DNA of 64,000 nucleotides, taken from assembly GCF_009914755.1 (NCBI RefSeq), contig NC_060947.1. One strand, given 5' to 3'. Of this stretch, positions 14,558-26,489 are shown piece after piece (position 1 is the stretch's first letter; each line of letters begins with the position of its first letter). Made by a program: the position numbers and the translations under genes. The notes below the pieces were generated by a model, which saw nothing but the letters and a program-made list of their open reading frames with translations, did not search any database and was not told where the DNA came from. Source of the DNA: the human T2T-CHM13v2.0 reference genome, Homo sapiens.

Positions 14558-15437
14558 CTCTATGAACATTTAATTCAAAAAATACGTGTGTGTTGAAATA
14601 CATAATATTTTGAAACTGTGATAATAAAAACAGAAACAAAAAACACTTAACAACACCTGGTAAGTTAGTTATATACAGAATGGCAACTGAAGACCACCAG
14701 TGGGTTAGCAGAAGCCATCAGGTTACTTACTTGTCTTCAAACCTCAGGAGTTTTATGCTTCTCCTGCCCGAACTTCTTGTAAGCTTCAGATAGCTGTGGA
14801 CTGTGCTGGGTTTTTACACTTTAGACCTATATGTACACACTTTCATAAAATTAATCTGATCTCCGTGCAAATCAGGACCTTCTTGTTGTTGTAGAGCTAA
14901 AACATAGAAATAGACCGCTGAGACTATTCATTCAACCCAGTTGCAACATTTTATAGTTATCAAAACAACCTCGTTCTCCTTAATAAGTAGCTTGTATACA
15001 TTTGTGCTTAATAGCGATGAAATAGTTCTTTCAATCTGATTTTTAACATAACGAGGTGCCAACTAAGATTCTGAGTAAAAAACAAAGAGCTTCTCCCACC
15101 ATGGAGGGAGACTAAAGGGGGAACAAATTACCCGCCCCTTGTGACTTGGATGTGTCCTTTTAGAATGGGAGCATGAGCTCAAAGATGCCATGGCAGTTGG
15201 TGAGCACGGAGGCATGTAATTCAGCCACTGCCCAGCTGTGTGCTGCAGACAGAGAGCATACTCTACATCTCACCTCTGTCAAATTAAGTAATCATCTGTC
15301 ATGATGGAAAGCTGTAAGTGCAGGTCAGTGTTGGTTTACGTATAGCTGCACCCTCCACCGGCTCTCTGGGTGGGTCCATTTAAACAATTTGAGATATATA
15401 TAGTCAGTACCTTCCAAACATAATACATTAAGAGGTA

Positions 15438-16240
15438 ATTTTTAATTTTTTAATTGATACAAAATTGTACATATTTATGAGCGACACAGTGATGTTTCAA
15501 TACATACAATGTATAGTGGTCAAATTAGGGTAATTAGCATATGTGTCACTGCAGACATTTATCATTTCTTTATGTTGGGAACATTCAAAATCCTGTCTTC
15601 TAGTTATACAAAGATATATCTTAAATTCATAACTATAGACACCCTACAGTGCTATAGAACACCAGAACTTATTCCTCCAGTCTAGTTGTATTTTTCTATC
15701 CTTTAACCCAGTGGTCCCCAACCTTTTTGGCACCAGGGACCGGTTTCATGGAAGACAGTTTTTCCACGGATGGGGTGGGTGGCAGTAGATTCTCATAAGC
15801 AGCACACAACCTAGATCCCTCACATGTGCAGTTCACAATAGGGTTCATGCTCCTATGAGAATCTAGTCCCACCACTGATCTGACACGAGGTGGAGCTCAG
15901 GCGGTAATGCTTGCTTGCCCACTGCTCACTTCCTGCTGTGCAACCCCGTTCCTAACAGGCCACGGACCAGTTCTGGTCCACGGCCCGGGGGTTGGGGATC
16001 CCTACTTTAACCAACCTCTCCCTTTTCACTCTCCCAACCCTTCCCAGCTTCTAGTAACCACTATTCTACTCTCCACTTCTATGAGATCAACTTCTTTAGC
16101 TCGCACATGAGTGAGAACATGCGGTATTTACCTTCCTGTGTCTGGCTTATTTAACATAATGTCCTCCAAGCTGATCCACGTTGCTGCAAATGACAGGATT
16201 TCAATCTTATTTATGGCTGAATAATATCCCATTATATACA
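15438..16240 (-). mobile_element. L1MA-like 3' end, split by MER1B
   Basis: Antisense L1 3' motifs (aattgtacatatttatg; catgagtgagaacatgcggtattt; gctgcaaatgacaggatttca). Confidence 0.8.
15709..16004. mobile_element. MER1B-like hAT-Charlie MITE
   Basis: TIRs cagtggtccccaacc / ggttggggatcccta; perfect 8-bp TSD ctttaacc at 15701-15708 and 16005-16012. Confidence 0.88.
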
Positions 16241-18089
16241 CAGCAATTTTTATTAAGGGGTCATTTCTAAACAAGGTTGTAACCAAGCGCTTGGGGTGAG
16301 GATGTAGATTGGCTTCAGAACAGTGCTTGAGACCTAATGTGATTCCCTCCAATTCTTGAAAGAGTTCTTCCAACAAGTTTGAGGTTTGAACACGAGATTG
16401 TCCCATGGGGCTACAGGTGTCAAGGCAGGCCTTTTAATGCAGTAGCCAAAAATAGTATATCCAGGGCTTTCCTCACTTGCATCCTCCCATTCATTTCTTC
16501 CTCCTGTAGGTGAAAAGCTTGAGCATACAGATGGGAAGCTATGAGAGCTTACCCAACCCAAACCCATACTTATCTTGGCTTATGTGGTTGAAGCTGCAGG
16601 AAGTGGGAGAAGCCATTCTCTGAATGGGCAGTCATTCACTGGCTGTCCTGGCTGGCAGCTCTGAATCCCGGTGTGACTTCTCCACCGCAGACTTCTCCTT
16701 ACCTCACACTGATAGGACCCCTTAGATAGGGTAGTATTTCCCAGCAACAGAGGGGCACTGCTTCATCCTACACGCCCATACTTGCCCTCGGAAGCAGTAA
16801 AGCTATTTACACAGGGTCCAGAGGGGCATGAAATCTAAAGTGGAAATGCTGAAACTCTGGGAAGAATTTAGGTAGGTGGAGTGTGATTACTGAAGTTGAA
16901 ATTTGTCCAGACCAGAGTTAACCACTAATGCTGTAAAAAAGAATGCTGTGGGCTCATTAAACTACTTCATTCTACCTGAACCTATTAATATGGTCGAAAT
17001 CATTGAAAAATCTTATGTCCCATTAAACATGAATGATGAAAATAGGTAAAACCTGAGCAGATGGCTGCCTTTATGGAGCACTGGTTAAAACCACAATAGT
17101 CCTCTAGGATCTAAGAACACTTTTTAGCCACTGTGATTGACATAAGCACGTGTCATAAAATTTACATGGTTACCAGGGCTTTGGGGCAATGTAACAGAAA
17201 TTGTCCTGGATATATTCAACTAGCAGCTAATCTTGAAATGTGCGTGAGACAGCAAATGTTTTAGAAAGAGCCAGAGGTATTTCCATACACAAGTACAATG
17301 TCCTTGGTAGCCTTTCCATAGAGAAAGGGATAAGGCAACAGTAGGCAGAGGCAGCACCCCAAGAGATTCCTTTCTTGACATAGGCTCTTATCTGGCCCTT
17401 GAAAGTCAATACCACCAGTTGCCCTACCCTACAATCCAGGTGTTTCCCCCAAGCCCAAGTTGGGGGTACCAATCTGGAACTGGAAAAAATAGCTGGTAAT
17501 AAGTGTAAGCGTGTGGTATGCCTAGTGTGTGTATGAGTACGTACAAGCTCTGGGTGACCACATCTTGAGCATTTTCAGACTCTGTCCTATACTCAGAAAA
17601 TGGGCAAGCCTTGATGGTAGGAGAAGGGGTCCCCATATCAGATGATTTAACTGAATAGCACTGCTACTGCCCCTCACCAGCTCACAAAGAGGAAATGCCC
17701 AATAACCACTGACTGATTTGGAGCGGACCTAAGCACAGCTAAGCTCCCGCCAGAATTCAAGTCTGATATTTGCCTGAGTTCTGTGGCAAAGGATCTGAAG
17801 GATCCTTAAAGGATCAATGTGGCCAGGTTAGGGTGTCCAAATAAAGGCTAATCTATATCAGCAAGCCAGGATTCAGAGATAGACAAAAGGATGACATTGG
17901 CAAATCATATGGCAGGGAGTGGCTACAAGCAGGTAAGGTTTCCCAAGTGCTAGTTTGGCAATAAATCAGTATCTGTTCCTAACTATATTCCTTCAGAGCC
18001 TTCAACTGTTAACCTTTTAGTAAGAAGTACCGACGAGACCAAGATCCTATGATGAGAGAGGTTAAACTTAAAAAAGAAACATAAAATGA

Positions 18090-21000
18090 TAACTCGGTTT
18101 TAACATTTTATTGGGTAAATGATTTTAAAGGTAATAACAATAGTGTCAAAACTACTACAATATCTTTCCACAGCCATACCTTACAGACCCACATAAACCT
18201 TCTCATATTTTTTCTTTTTGCTCATATTTAATATTGTAAAGCCATACATGTCATATAAAATGCCCATTTCCAATAGTTTCTTCAAACTATTAAGCAATTA
18301 AATGTGGAAGGAAGGAGGGCCTAGTTATACTGGAAGGGGTTTCAGGTAATCTGTGATGTCTTACGGTAATCAAAAAACAGGTTACTAAGAAAGAAGGAAA
18401 AGAGGAGCTACTCCAGGTAGCTTTTTGCTCATTACAAGTCTCACCATTGTATCACCAAGAACTCATTATGCTGGTGACAGATTCAAAGTAATTTTGGGGA
18501 ACATATAAAACACTAAAATAACTTAGAAACTAGATCCAAATATTTCAAAAGTAATCAACTTTGATATACAAAAGTAGTCAGAGGTGGTTACAAAAGTTTG
18601 TTTGCTCAGTGCGTCTATGTACCAGCGCAGTTACTGGGTAGAGCAAAATAAAAGGTTCATTTTCTTCTGAAATAGCAATAAAAAACAAGGAAAACATATA
18701 TTTGTATATAAAGGATCAATGCTGGTCTTAAGAATAATGTCATCAGAAACCCTTAAATCGAGAGGCACACAACGGGTTTCCACTTTTAAAAAATAAAAGG
18801 AAAGTCACCAGTTTATTTAAATGGAGGAGGTGCTCACACCCCTCAAATAAACTTAATTCATTTTAACATCACTAGCAAAAATCACTTAGAAACTGTACAA
18901 AAATAAAAAAGTTAACACATTTAATCCTGCAAGGTTTTTGTAAGGACTGGAAGGCAGGCTTTTGAAGCAGCATTTGGGCATGGCTGGGGGCTTCTTTGGT
19001 TTGATCTAACACACATAAGAGATGGAACCTATTCCAGATGACAGTTTCAAATTTCCTGCACATTTGAAGACAAGATAAGAGGCCAGTATACAAACTTCCG
19101 GTGTGCTGGGCACTGGGACTGTATGTGCTGGACTGAAAATCTTACAACTGCTTTAAGCTTTAAGGGTGAGGGGAAGCAAGCCTTGCACTTCCTCCATCAA
19201 TTTCACTGACCTCTCGTGTTAGGGGAGACTACAGAGGGTAGTAGCACATTCTCGTGCAGTCAGAAGGCCACTTGAGGGGTGGGGGACAATTTGTTCTTTT
19301 AGAATCTGGTACCTGGCTGACCTTGTTTAAGAACAAGAAAACCCTTCCAGAAATGGAAGCCTTTTGCTACATACCAAAGCAAAGTACGTACTATTTCCAA
19401 GAGGAAAAATACCCAGTTGCATCTGAAAATGGAAAACTTAAATGGAACGAATTAACATTTAAAAGGGGCTATGTAAACTTTGTGCTACTCAAATGAAGTT
19501 CAAGTATTACTTCTGAGCTGTTTAAAGATCACTGAACTCATACAATATTCTGATGATAAGAGTGCAATTCACATTTGTGTTTCTGAACAAATAAATCACA
19601 ACTGGCTAGAACACAACCTGTGCAATCAGAATCTTCGTCTGAGTTAAAGACATGCTACATATTTCAACATGTTCAAAGTTAATTCATACCACATAATTAA
19701 CAGCTTTGTATATACGACAAAGGTGAAAGGGTCTAGCATTTGTTTGAAGCACACCATTACAGTTTGTATAACACCCTTTACACTACAAAGTCTTTTAGTC
19801 AAAAGCTACTTAGAGACAAAAATGCACTTTGCATTACTTGAATACAAAAGGAGACAAAACTATCCTTTTCCCCCAAGCCATGTTGGGAAATATTGCTGAC
19901 CTCGTCCTTTGAAGCCTGCAGGATGGTTATTTCTTCAGTTTAACGTTATTACACTGCTAAGAAAATCTGTATAACATCTGCATATATCAAGGATTTTAAA
20001 AAATCTGATATGATTTTAGAGTCCGCATGACCAGTCACGTGACCTGCTCAAGATTGATTAGCACCGTTAAATAAACACACATATATGTATGTATGTATGT
20101 GTAAGTATATGTACACACACACATCTATGTATGTAATAAATCTTTGCTAAAAAAACTTCTAACCATAAGCTCACCCAGGACGAGGAGCCTGTTGAACCGA
20201 TGAGATGATGGATAAGATGGATTTCACGATAATATTGGTCTATTTTGTCTCTCTTCAGTTTGCTTGTTTTATTTACCTTTTTTTCCTTTTTTTTGTTTTT
20301 TGTTTTGTTTTTTTTTTGTTTGTTTTTTTTTGCAGCAGACAATATCATTCAGCTTGTGCTCAGTTTCCCTATAAGGGTAAGAAAAGTTTCCATCAGGTAG
20401 CCACTTGTTTTTATACTGAAAGACTAATCTGCTCCAAAATGCTCCCAAGTAGAAATGACAGGACTCAAAATCCCTTTCTAAAGCCCAACAGCTAACTTTT
20501 TCTGACTAATCTCTAGCTTCATTGAAACTGGCTACCAAGATTGCATTTCAGGCTAACAATTGGCTTCTTAGTTAAGGCATCACAACTGAAAATGGTTATT
20601 TCAACAATGGATGCTGTGGATGAAGGAATACCAACAAACTTCTAAGAACTCTCATCAAAAACTAAAGCAATTTGCTTTGCCCCAGTGGCAGGCAGAAGGA
20701 ATTTAGCCCATTATCTCACAAACTAGGAAAGGATTTTTGAATTCTGAACTAGCAGTCTGTCACTTGTCACAGTAACTATATGTATAAGCTGTATCATTTT
20801 GATATTCAGTGACTTTTTTGTAGTTTTAGAATATATATTCTGCAGCATACTTTAATTCATCACTTGATATGTTGGCTTCCTATTTGAAAAAATTATATAT
20901 ATTTTTCCAAAGACACACAGACACACACACATAACCATAAAATGAAGGTCATCTTCCTCCAGAATAATCTGTCATTTTTCCTGGGGATATATGTATGGAC

Positions 21001-22427
21001 CTCCTATCGACATCAGTAAGTTATCTTTGTATGCATCATGGGAAGACTATACTTGCAGATGAGCTGGGCTCTAACTATAGCATATCTGAATGCCAACTCC
21101 ATTTTCACAGGTGTGACATAACATCTTATCAATGTAGTAAATGTGTTTCTATCAAAAGTATGTAGTGCAGAAAGAAATTCAAGCTATTTTATAGTATCTC
21201 TAAAACTCTAATATTGTCCCCATGACAAACATATCTGAAATCATGGCAAATATGAACTTTTGTTTTACTAAATTATCTTTACCATATCTTTAGATGGTAG
21301 CTAAAATGGATTCTAGCCAATCATGACTTATTGAAACCTAGAGCTAACAAATTTAAATTAATATAAAATAGACAAATGTCTCTTATTGGTTATTTGCTCA
21401 AAATAATTTTTTTTCAGCTTAAAAAAATACTTAAGAGTAAGGAATTTGTCTAATCTTCTGTTTCACATATAGAAACAATAAAGTTTTACAAGAATATTTT
21501 TCTAAATTGCCTTTTTTCTAACCCCTCTTAATTCCACTTAATTATATTCTTCTCAAAGGCACTAAATTCTGTATCTGCTCTCTTCCTAATATTTGCTGCT
21601 CATAAAATGTTTCCTGTAGCCTTTTTGAAAGGTAGTTTGTACCTTCTCCAAACAGTGTTTTAGTTTGCAAATTGGTTCTATAAAGTGGTGAGGCAGTCTC
21701 TTCTATGATAACCAGCACAATAGGGATAAATGATTTCTCTCTCTCTGTGACAAGCCCTATCACGGACCTTTGAATGCTCACTACTAGAACTAAAGTTCAT
21801 GTATTTTCACCATGGGAAAAACATATACTTAAGGAGTGAAGACCCAACTACTAGGCTGTCATAGCAAAGTGAATTTCAGACAAAAATCAAGAGTAATATA
21901 CAAATACCTGAATTTGATATGAATTAATCCCAAACTCAGGTATCAAAAAACAACTATCTTACTGAGGAAAACTAAAGACGAACCTAAGTAAAATCCCTAA
22001 AAACTGCACACTTTCTTCCATCCACAGTCAAAGGAAGGGAGGCAGGGAAGGAAGAAGGAAAACGGGAAGGAAGAAGGAAAACAGGAAGCAAAACGGGAAG
22101 AAAGGCAAGGAGGACAGAAAAACAGAAACCTGACTGAGACAGCAAAGCAAAATTCTACATAATATTATAAGGAAAAAAAAACCCAAAATTATATATGCTG
22201 CAAAAAAAAAATCAACGATCTAAAATAATAAAACAGGATCTTAACAAATGCCATTTTTCTACCCGTTACCATGATGATCTTAGTTGACGATGTCGAAGCT
22301 TCACCATGGCAACGGAAACTATCATCATAAAATGGTACAGTAAAAGAGATAGCTAGACCAAGAAGGTGTAGGGTCTCCTGGGAAGAGGTCTGCAGAGAGG
22401 CCCAGTGACTGGTTGTGCGGCTCAGTG
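18090..22427 (-). other. AMMECR1: AMMECR1 3'UTR (~4.3 kb)
   Basis: Continuous AU-rich sequence with no obvious interspersed repeat between the stop codon and the AATAAA at 18107-18112. Confidence 0.8.
18107..18112 (-). terminator. AMMECR1: AMMECR1 distal poly(A) signal AATAAA
   Basis: tttatt on +; followed on - by a U/GU-rich downstream element (tcattttatgtttctttttt). Cleavage expected ~18085-18095. Confidence 0.75.
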
Positions 22428-22553
<126 letters not shown>

Positions 22554-22609
22554 TCAGGGAAGAGAAAAGTTAACATTGAGAAGTAGGTGACATGCCATTG
22601 TCACTGCTA

Positions 22610-22760
22610 GGAAGGACCTTAAAGATAATTTTATAGATCAGGAAACGGGGTCCCAGAGAGAAGCAGTGACTGCCCAAGGTCACAGAGATAGTAAGTAGCA
22701 AAGCTAAGATCAGAACTTGGAAATCAAAAGTCTGAGTCCAGTGCTCTTTGCACTCTACTA
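22610..22760 (-). mobile_element. MIR fragment
   Basis: tttatagatcaggaaacggggtcccagagag...gactgcccaaggtcacag. Confidence 0.65.
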
Positions 22761-22989
22761 CTCCTTGTTTAAATTGTTCTTTTAAAAATTTTATTGTCCC
22801 CTCAGCCCCAGTTTTCTAACAGGAGTATGCATCTCATTCGATTCAGTTGATTATTTTTCTTCAGAAATCTTCCACCTCTCCCTCTTTTACTGTTCCTTTC
22901 TCTGTCCACACATCTACTTAGGTCTTACCATTAAGTAACAACAACAAAAACAACTTTTCTTAATTCTGGTATCCTGAACTCTCACTTTT

Positions 22990-24325
22990 CCCCATGTCTG
23001 GCTTTCTTTTCATTGCCACATTTCTCAAATAGTTGTGTGTATTTTCTGCCTTCAATCCCCATCTCACACTACTACTCAGCTCAGTGCTCCTTGGCTTCTG
23101 CTGCCACCCTTCCATGGAAATAGCCATCAGAAGGCTTCCCCTGACTCAGCTTGATCTTTCCATTTGCCCATCATGCCCTTAAGCTCTCTGGTGCTAAGGA
23201 TTCTATACCTCCACATGCCCCTGGTTCTCCCCTGCCTCTCAGATTGCTCCTTGTCTCTGAATGCTCCTATCCCTGCCTTGTAGAATTTTGTTATGTTTCT
23301 GTATTCAGTTATTTTGACTCTATACTGTCCCCCCACAGTGAACCCTATCCTTACAATTTCAATCATATCTAGCCATGAGCTCATACATTTTCATTGACCT
23401 ACTAGATATTTCTATATAGATATCCTAAGAAGCACCTCAAATCCAAAATCGATGCATAAACTTAACACACTCCTCTTGTGGTCCCTACTTTGATTAAAGG
23501 GATTACCTTGGTCCCTTTTATCTAGATTAACGCCTTGACTTTCTTCTTTATTTCTAAATGATGACCCAGTCCTTTCATTTCTTCCACATTATTTTCATAT
23601 CGATCCCAACCTTTCTTCCCATCTCACTGCCACAGCTCTAGTTAAGGCCCCTGTTGCACCTCTTTTGGACTGCTGCCACAGATTCTTAGATAATACCAAC
23701 GCTTCCTGGCTCATTTTCCTGTTTCCAATTCCATTCTTATACCTCCCCAAGCCCATCTGATTAAAATCCTTCAATAGCTACCAATTGCCTATAGAACCAG
23801 GTCCAAACTAATTACTCTGGAACTCAGGACCCTCAATGGTCTGCCCAACCTACCTTCTGGGCCATATTTTCCTCTAATGATCAGCTTCTCTATTACACTA
23901 AAAGACCAGCCCAATCAGACTATTTCATATTCTCAGAACTTGCTTTGTACTTCACCACCCTTGACTCACAAGGTCTTCCTTAAGGGAATCACTTTCCTCC
24001 TGTCAAAAAAAAATCCCTTTTTACCTGTCAAATATTCTATCCATTCTTCAAACCCAGCCCCCAGCTGACCTCTTTGAAACTATCTGTTATCCCCCTCCCA
24101 CCCTCTTAGAATTCCTCTTTCCCTACTTTATGGGAATGGATCTCATATTATCCATCATATTCTGCCTTAGATTAATAATTTTGTCCATGCCCCTTCTATT
24201 CTCCTCCACTGTGAACTCAGGGAGAGCAGAGATGGAGGTATTTCTGAATTTGTAACTCCTCAGAGCTGAGAATAGGCCATTTTTAGACTATAAGCATTCA
24301 ATGTAGTTTTATGGAATTGAAATAA
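22990..24325 (+). mobile_element. Degraded LINE-2 fragments
   Basis: CT-rich L2-like sequence ending with ctgtgaactcagggagagcag...gcattcaatg. Boundaries approximate. Confidence 0.55.
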
Positions 24326-24833
24326 ATGGAACCAGCAGCCCATTTTCCTAAAATGTACGGTATTTTCCTTTTTAAATAAGCATCCCTATTTTTTCATGCT
24401 GAAATTTATTTAGCATTTGAGTTTAGCTCAATTGTGTTTTTCAGCAAGCTAACAAGTTTTCTTGGTAGACTTCTATCACTGCCAAAATTCTGAGATTAAA
24501 TTCGAATTTGAGGACTGTTTATCAGAATCCTGGGGTTCTGCTCAGTAATGTCAAAAGCTAGCCAATTGCTAATTCAAGTACTTTCTCCAATAAAGTAGTC
24601 TAAAATCTCCAAGGGCTTGCTCGTACAAAAGCCAGAGTAATCACACAGAGCTAAAGATGGGAAAGATAGGCTCATACATCACACAGGCTTTACTACGAAG
24701 CAGAGTTCCATTGTATCCACCCTCAGTATGACCCTGCCATTCATTTCCACTCTGTTTCAGAAAAAAGAAGTGTAGTTAGAGAGACCAAAGAAATCAAAGG
24801 GTTATAGGCATACACATCAAAATGTACAGGTTA

Positions 24834-25067
<234 letters not shown>

Positions 25068-26321
25068 TCAAATCTTTTGGTCCTAAAAACAATCACACAG
25101 AAAAGCTAAGATTTCATCCTTTACAAAAGCAGGGTCATCACCACACTCCTTAAATTCTAGCTATCCACAATGCCAAACAACACTGGCTCCTTTATCTTCG
25201 CATTCGAAGTCAAGGGGTCTAAGGGGCTGGCAGAAATTGCTCAGTCATGACTGTAACAAACCATATCTGTTGTACTTTCCTCTAACAGTGACATCTTTAA
25301 AAGGGAGTGAAAAGCCTATATGCCATTTTGCCAAGTCAATATTTAGGACTCCCACACCACCTCACAGTAATTGTTGTTCCTTATGGTATCTTCTGTAATT
25401 CTGTAATCATTCAAGTTTGTGTGCAGTATTCAAGGGTATTTTGATTAGTTCTGACATGGATGGTATACTAGTATCTGAGGCCCTCTATCTTTTATGTATG
25501 CTTTACAAAGTTAATGATACTAGGAGATTAAGACATTTTCTAAAGCAACCCAAATAAATCTTCAAGTAACTGCCTTGAAGACTTTCTGATCTGGGGATTT
25601 AATGGCATTAATTTTGCTATTATGTATCTCACATTTATAAGACAAACACGGGAAAACCAAATTACAAATGCTTTCTGATGAGAAGAAAAGCTCCCCAAGA
25701 TAAAAGATTCATTTCGACCAACATGAAACCAGAATTTAGTAGTTGCTAAGAAAGGATAAAATACTACAGAGTGAAAAGTTACTTTGTGTTACAATGTTGG
25801 TTCATACAGGTCTATGCTCTATGTGTGAAACAGGAAAATTCTGATTAGGAAGTGTAGACCAAGCATATAAAACACTAACACTTCATGTTTTCGCAATCCT
25901 CTGATCTTAGTGGGAAACCTAGAATCTTAGTATCAGCAGGATGAGTAATGGCAACCACCTAAGAATGAAACATTTGATACTTAAAATGACAAAGAACTAT
26001 GTGGCTGATTGTCAAACAAAAGGCTTGTTTATGCCACAATGGAATATGGGAAAAATGCATTTCAAATCGGTAGCAAATTGTTGCCTAAAATGAAAACCAA
26101 CTAATATAAATTCTGCTTTTTAAAAAATATACACTTATGGGTTTATGCCATCAAACTTCAATGCAGGGATTCAACTTCTGTGAGTACTTCACCGACTTGA
26201 TACAGACATTGCAGTGGCAGTGATGGAAGAGTCACTTCTTATAATTTGACACTTCAATTATTAGACATAACTGCAAGGTCAGATAACGCATTTCAGTTTG
26301 TATATTTGTTTAAATTCTTCA

Positions 26322-26489
<168 letters not shown>

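Noticed and set aside
16128-16406. 92-aa minus ORF with protein-like middle (LLEELFQELEGITLGLKH...)
   Set aside because: Its C-terminal part is L1 ORF2 remnant and I cannot match the rest to any family.
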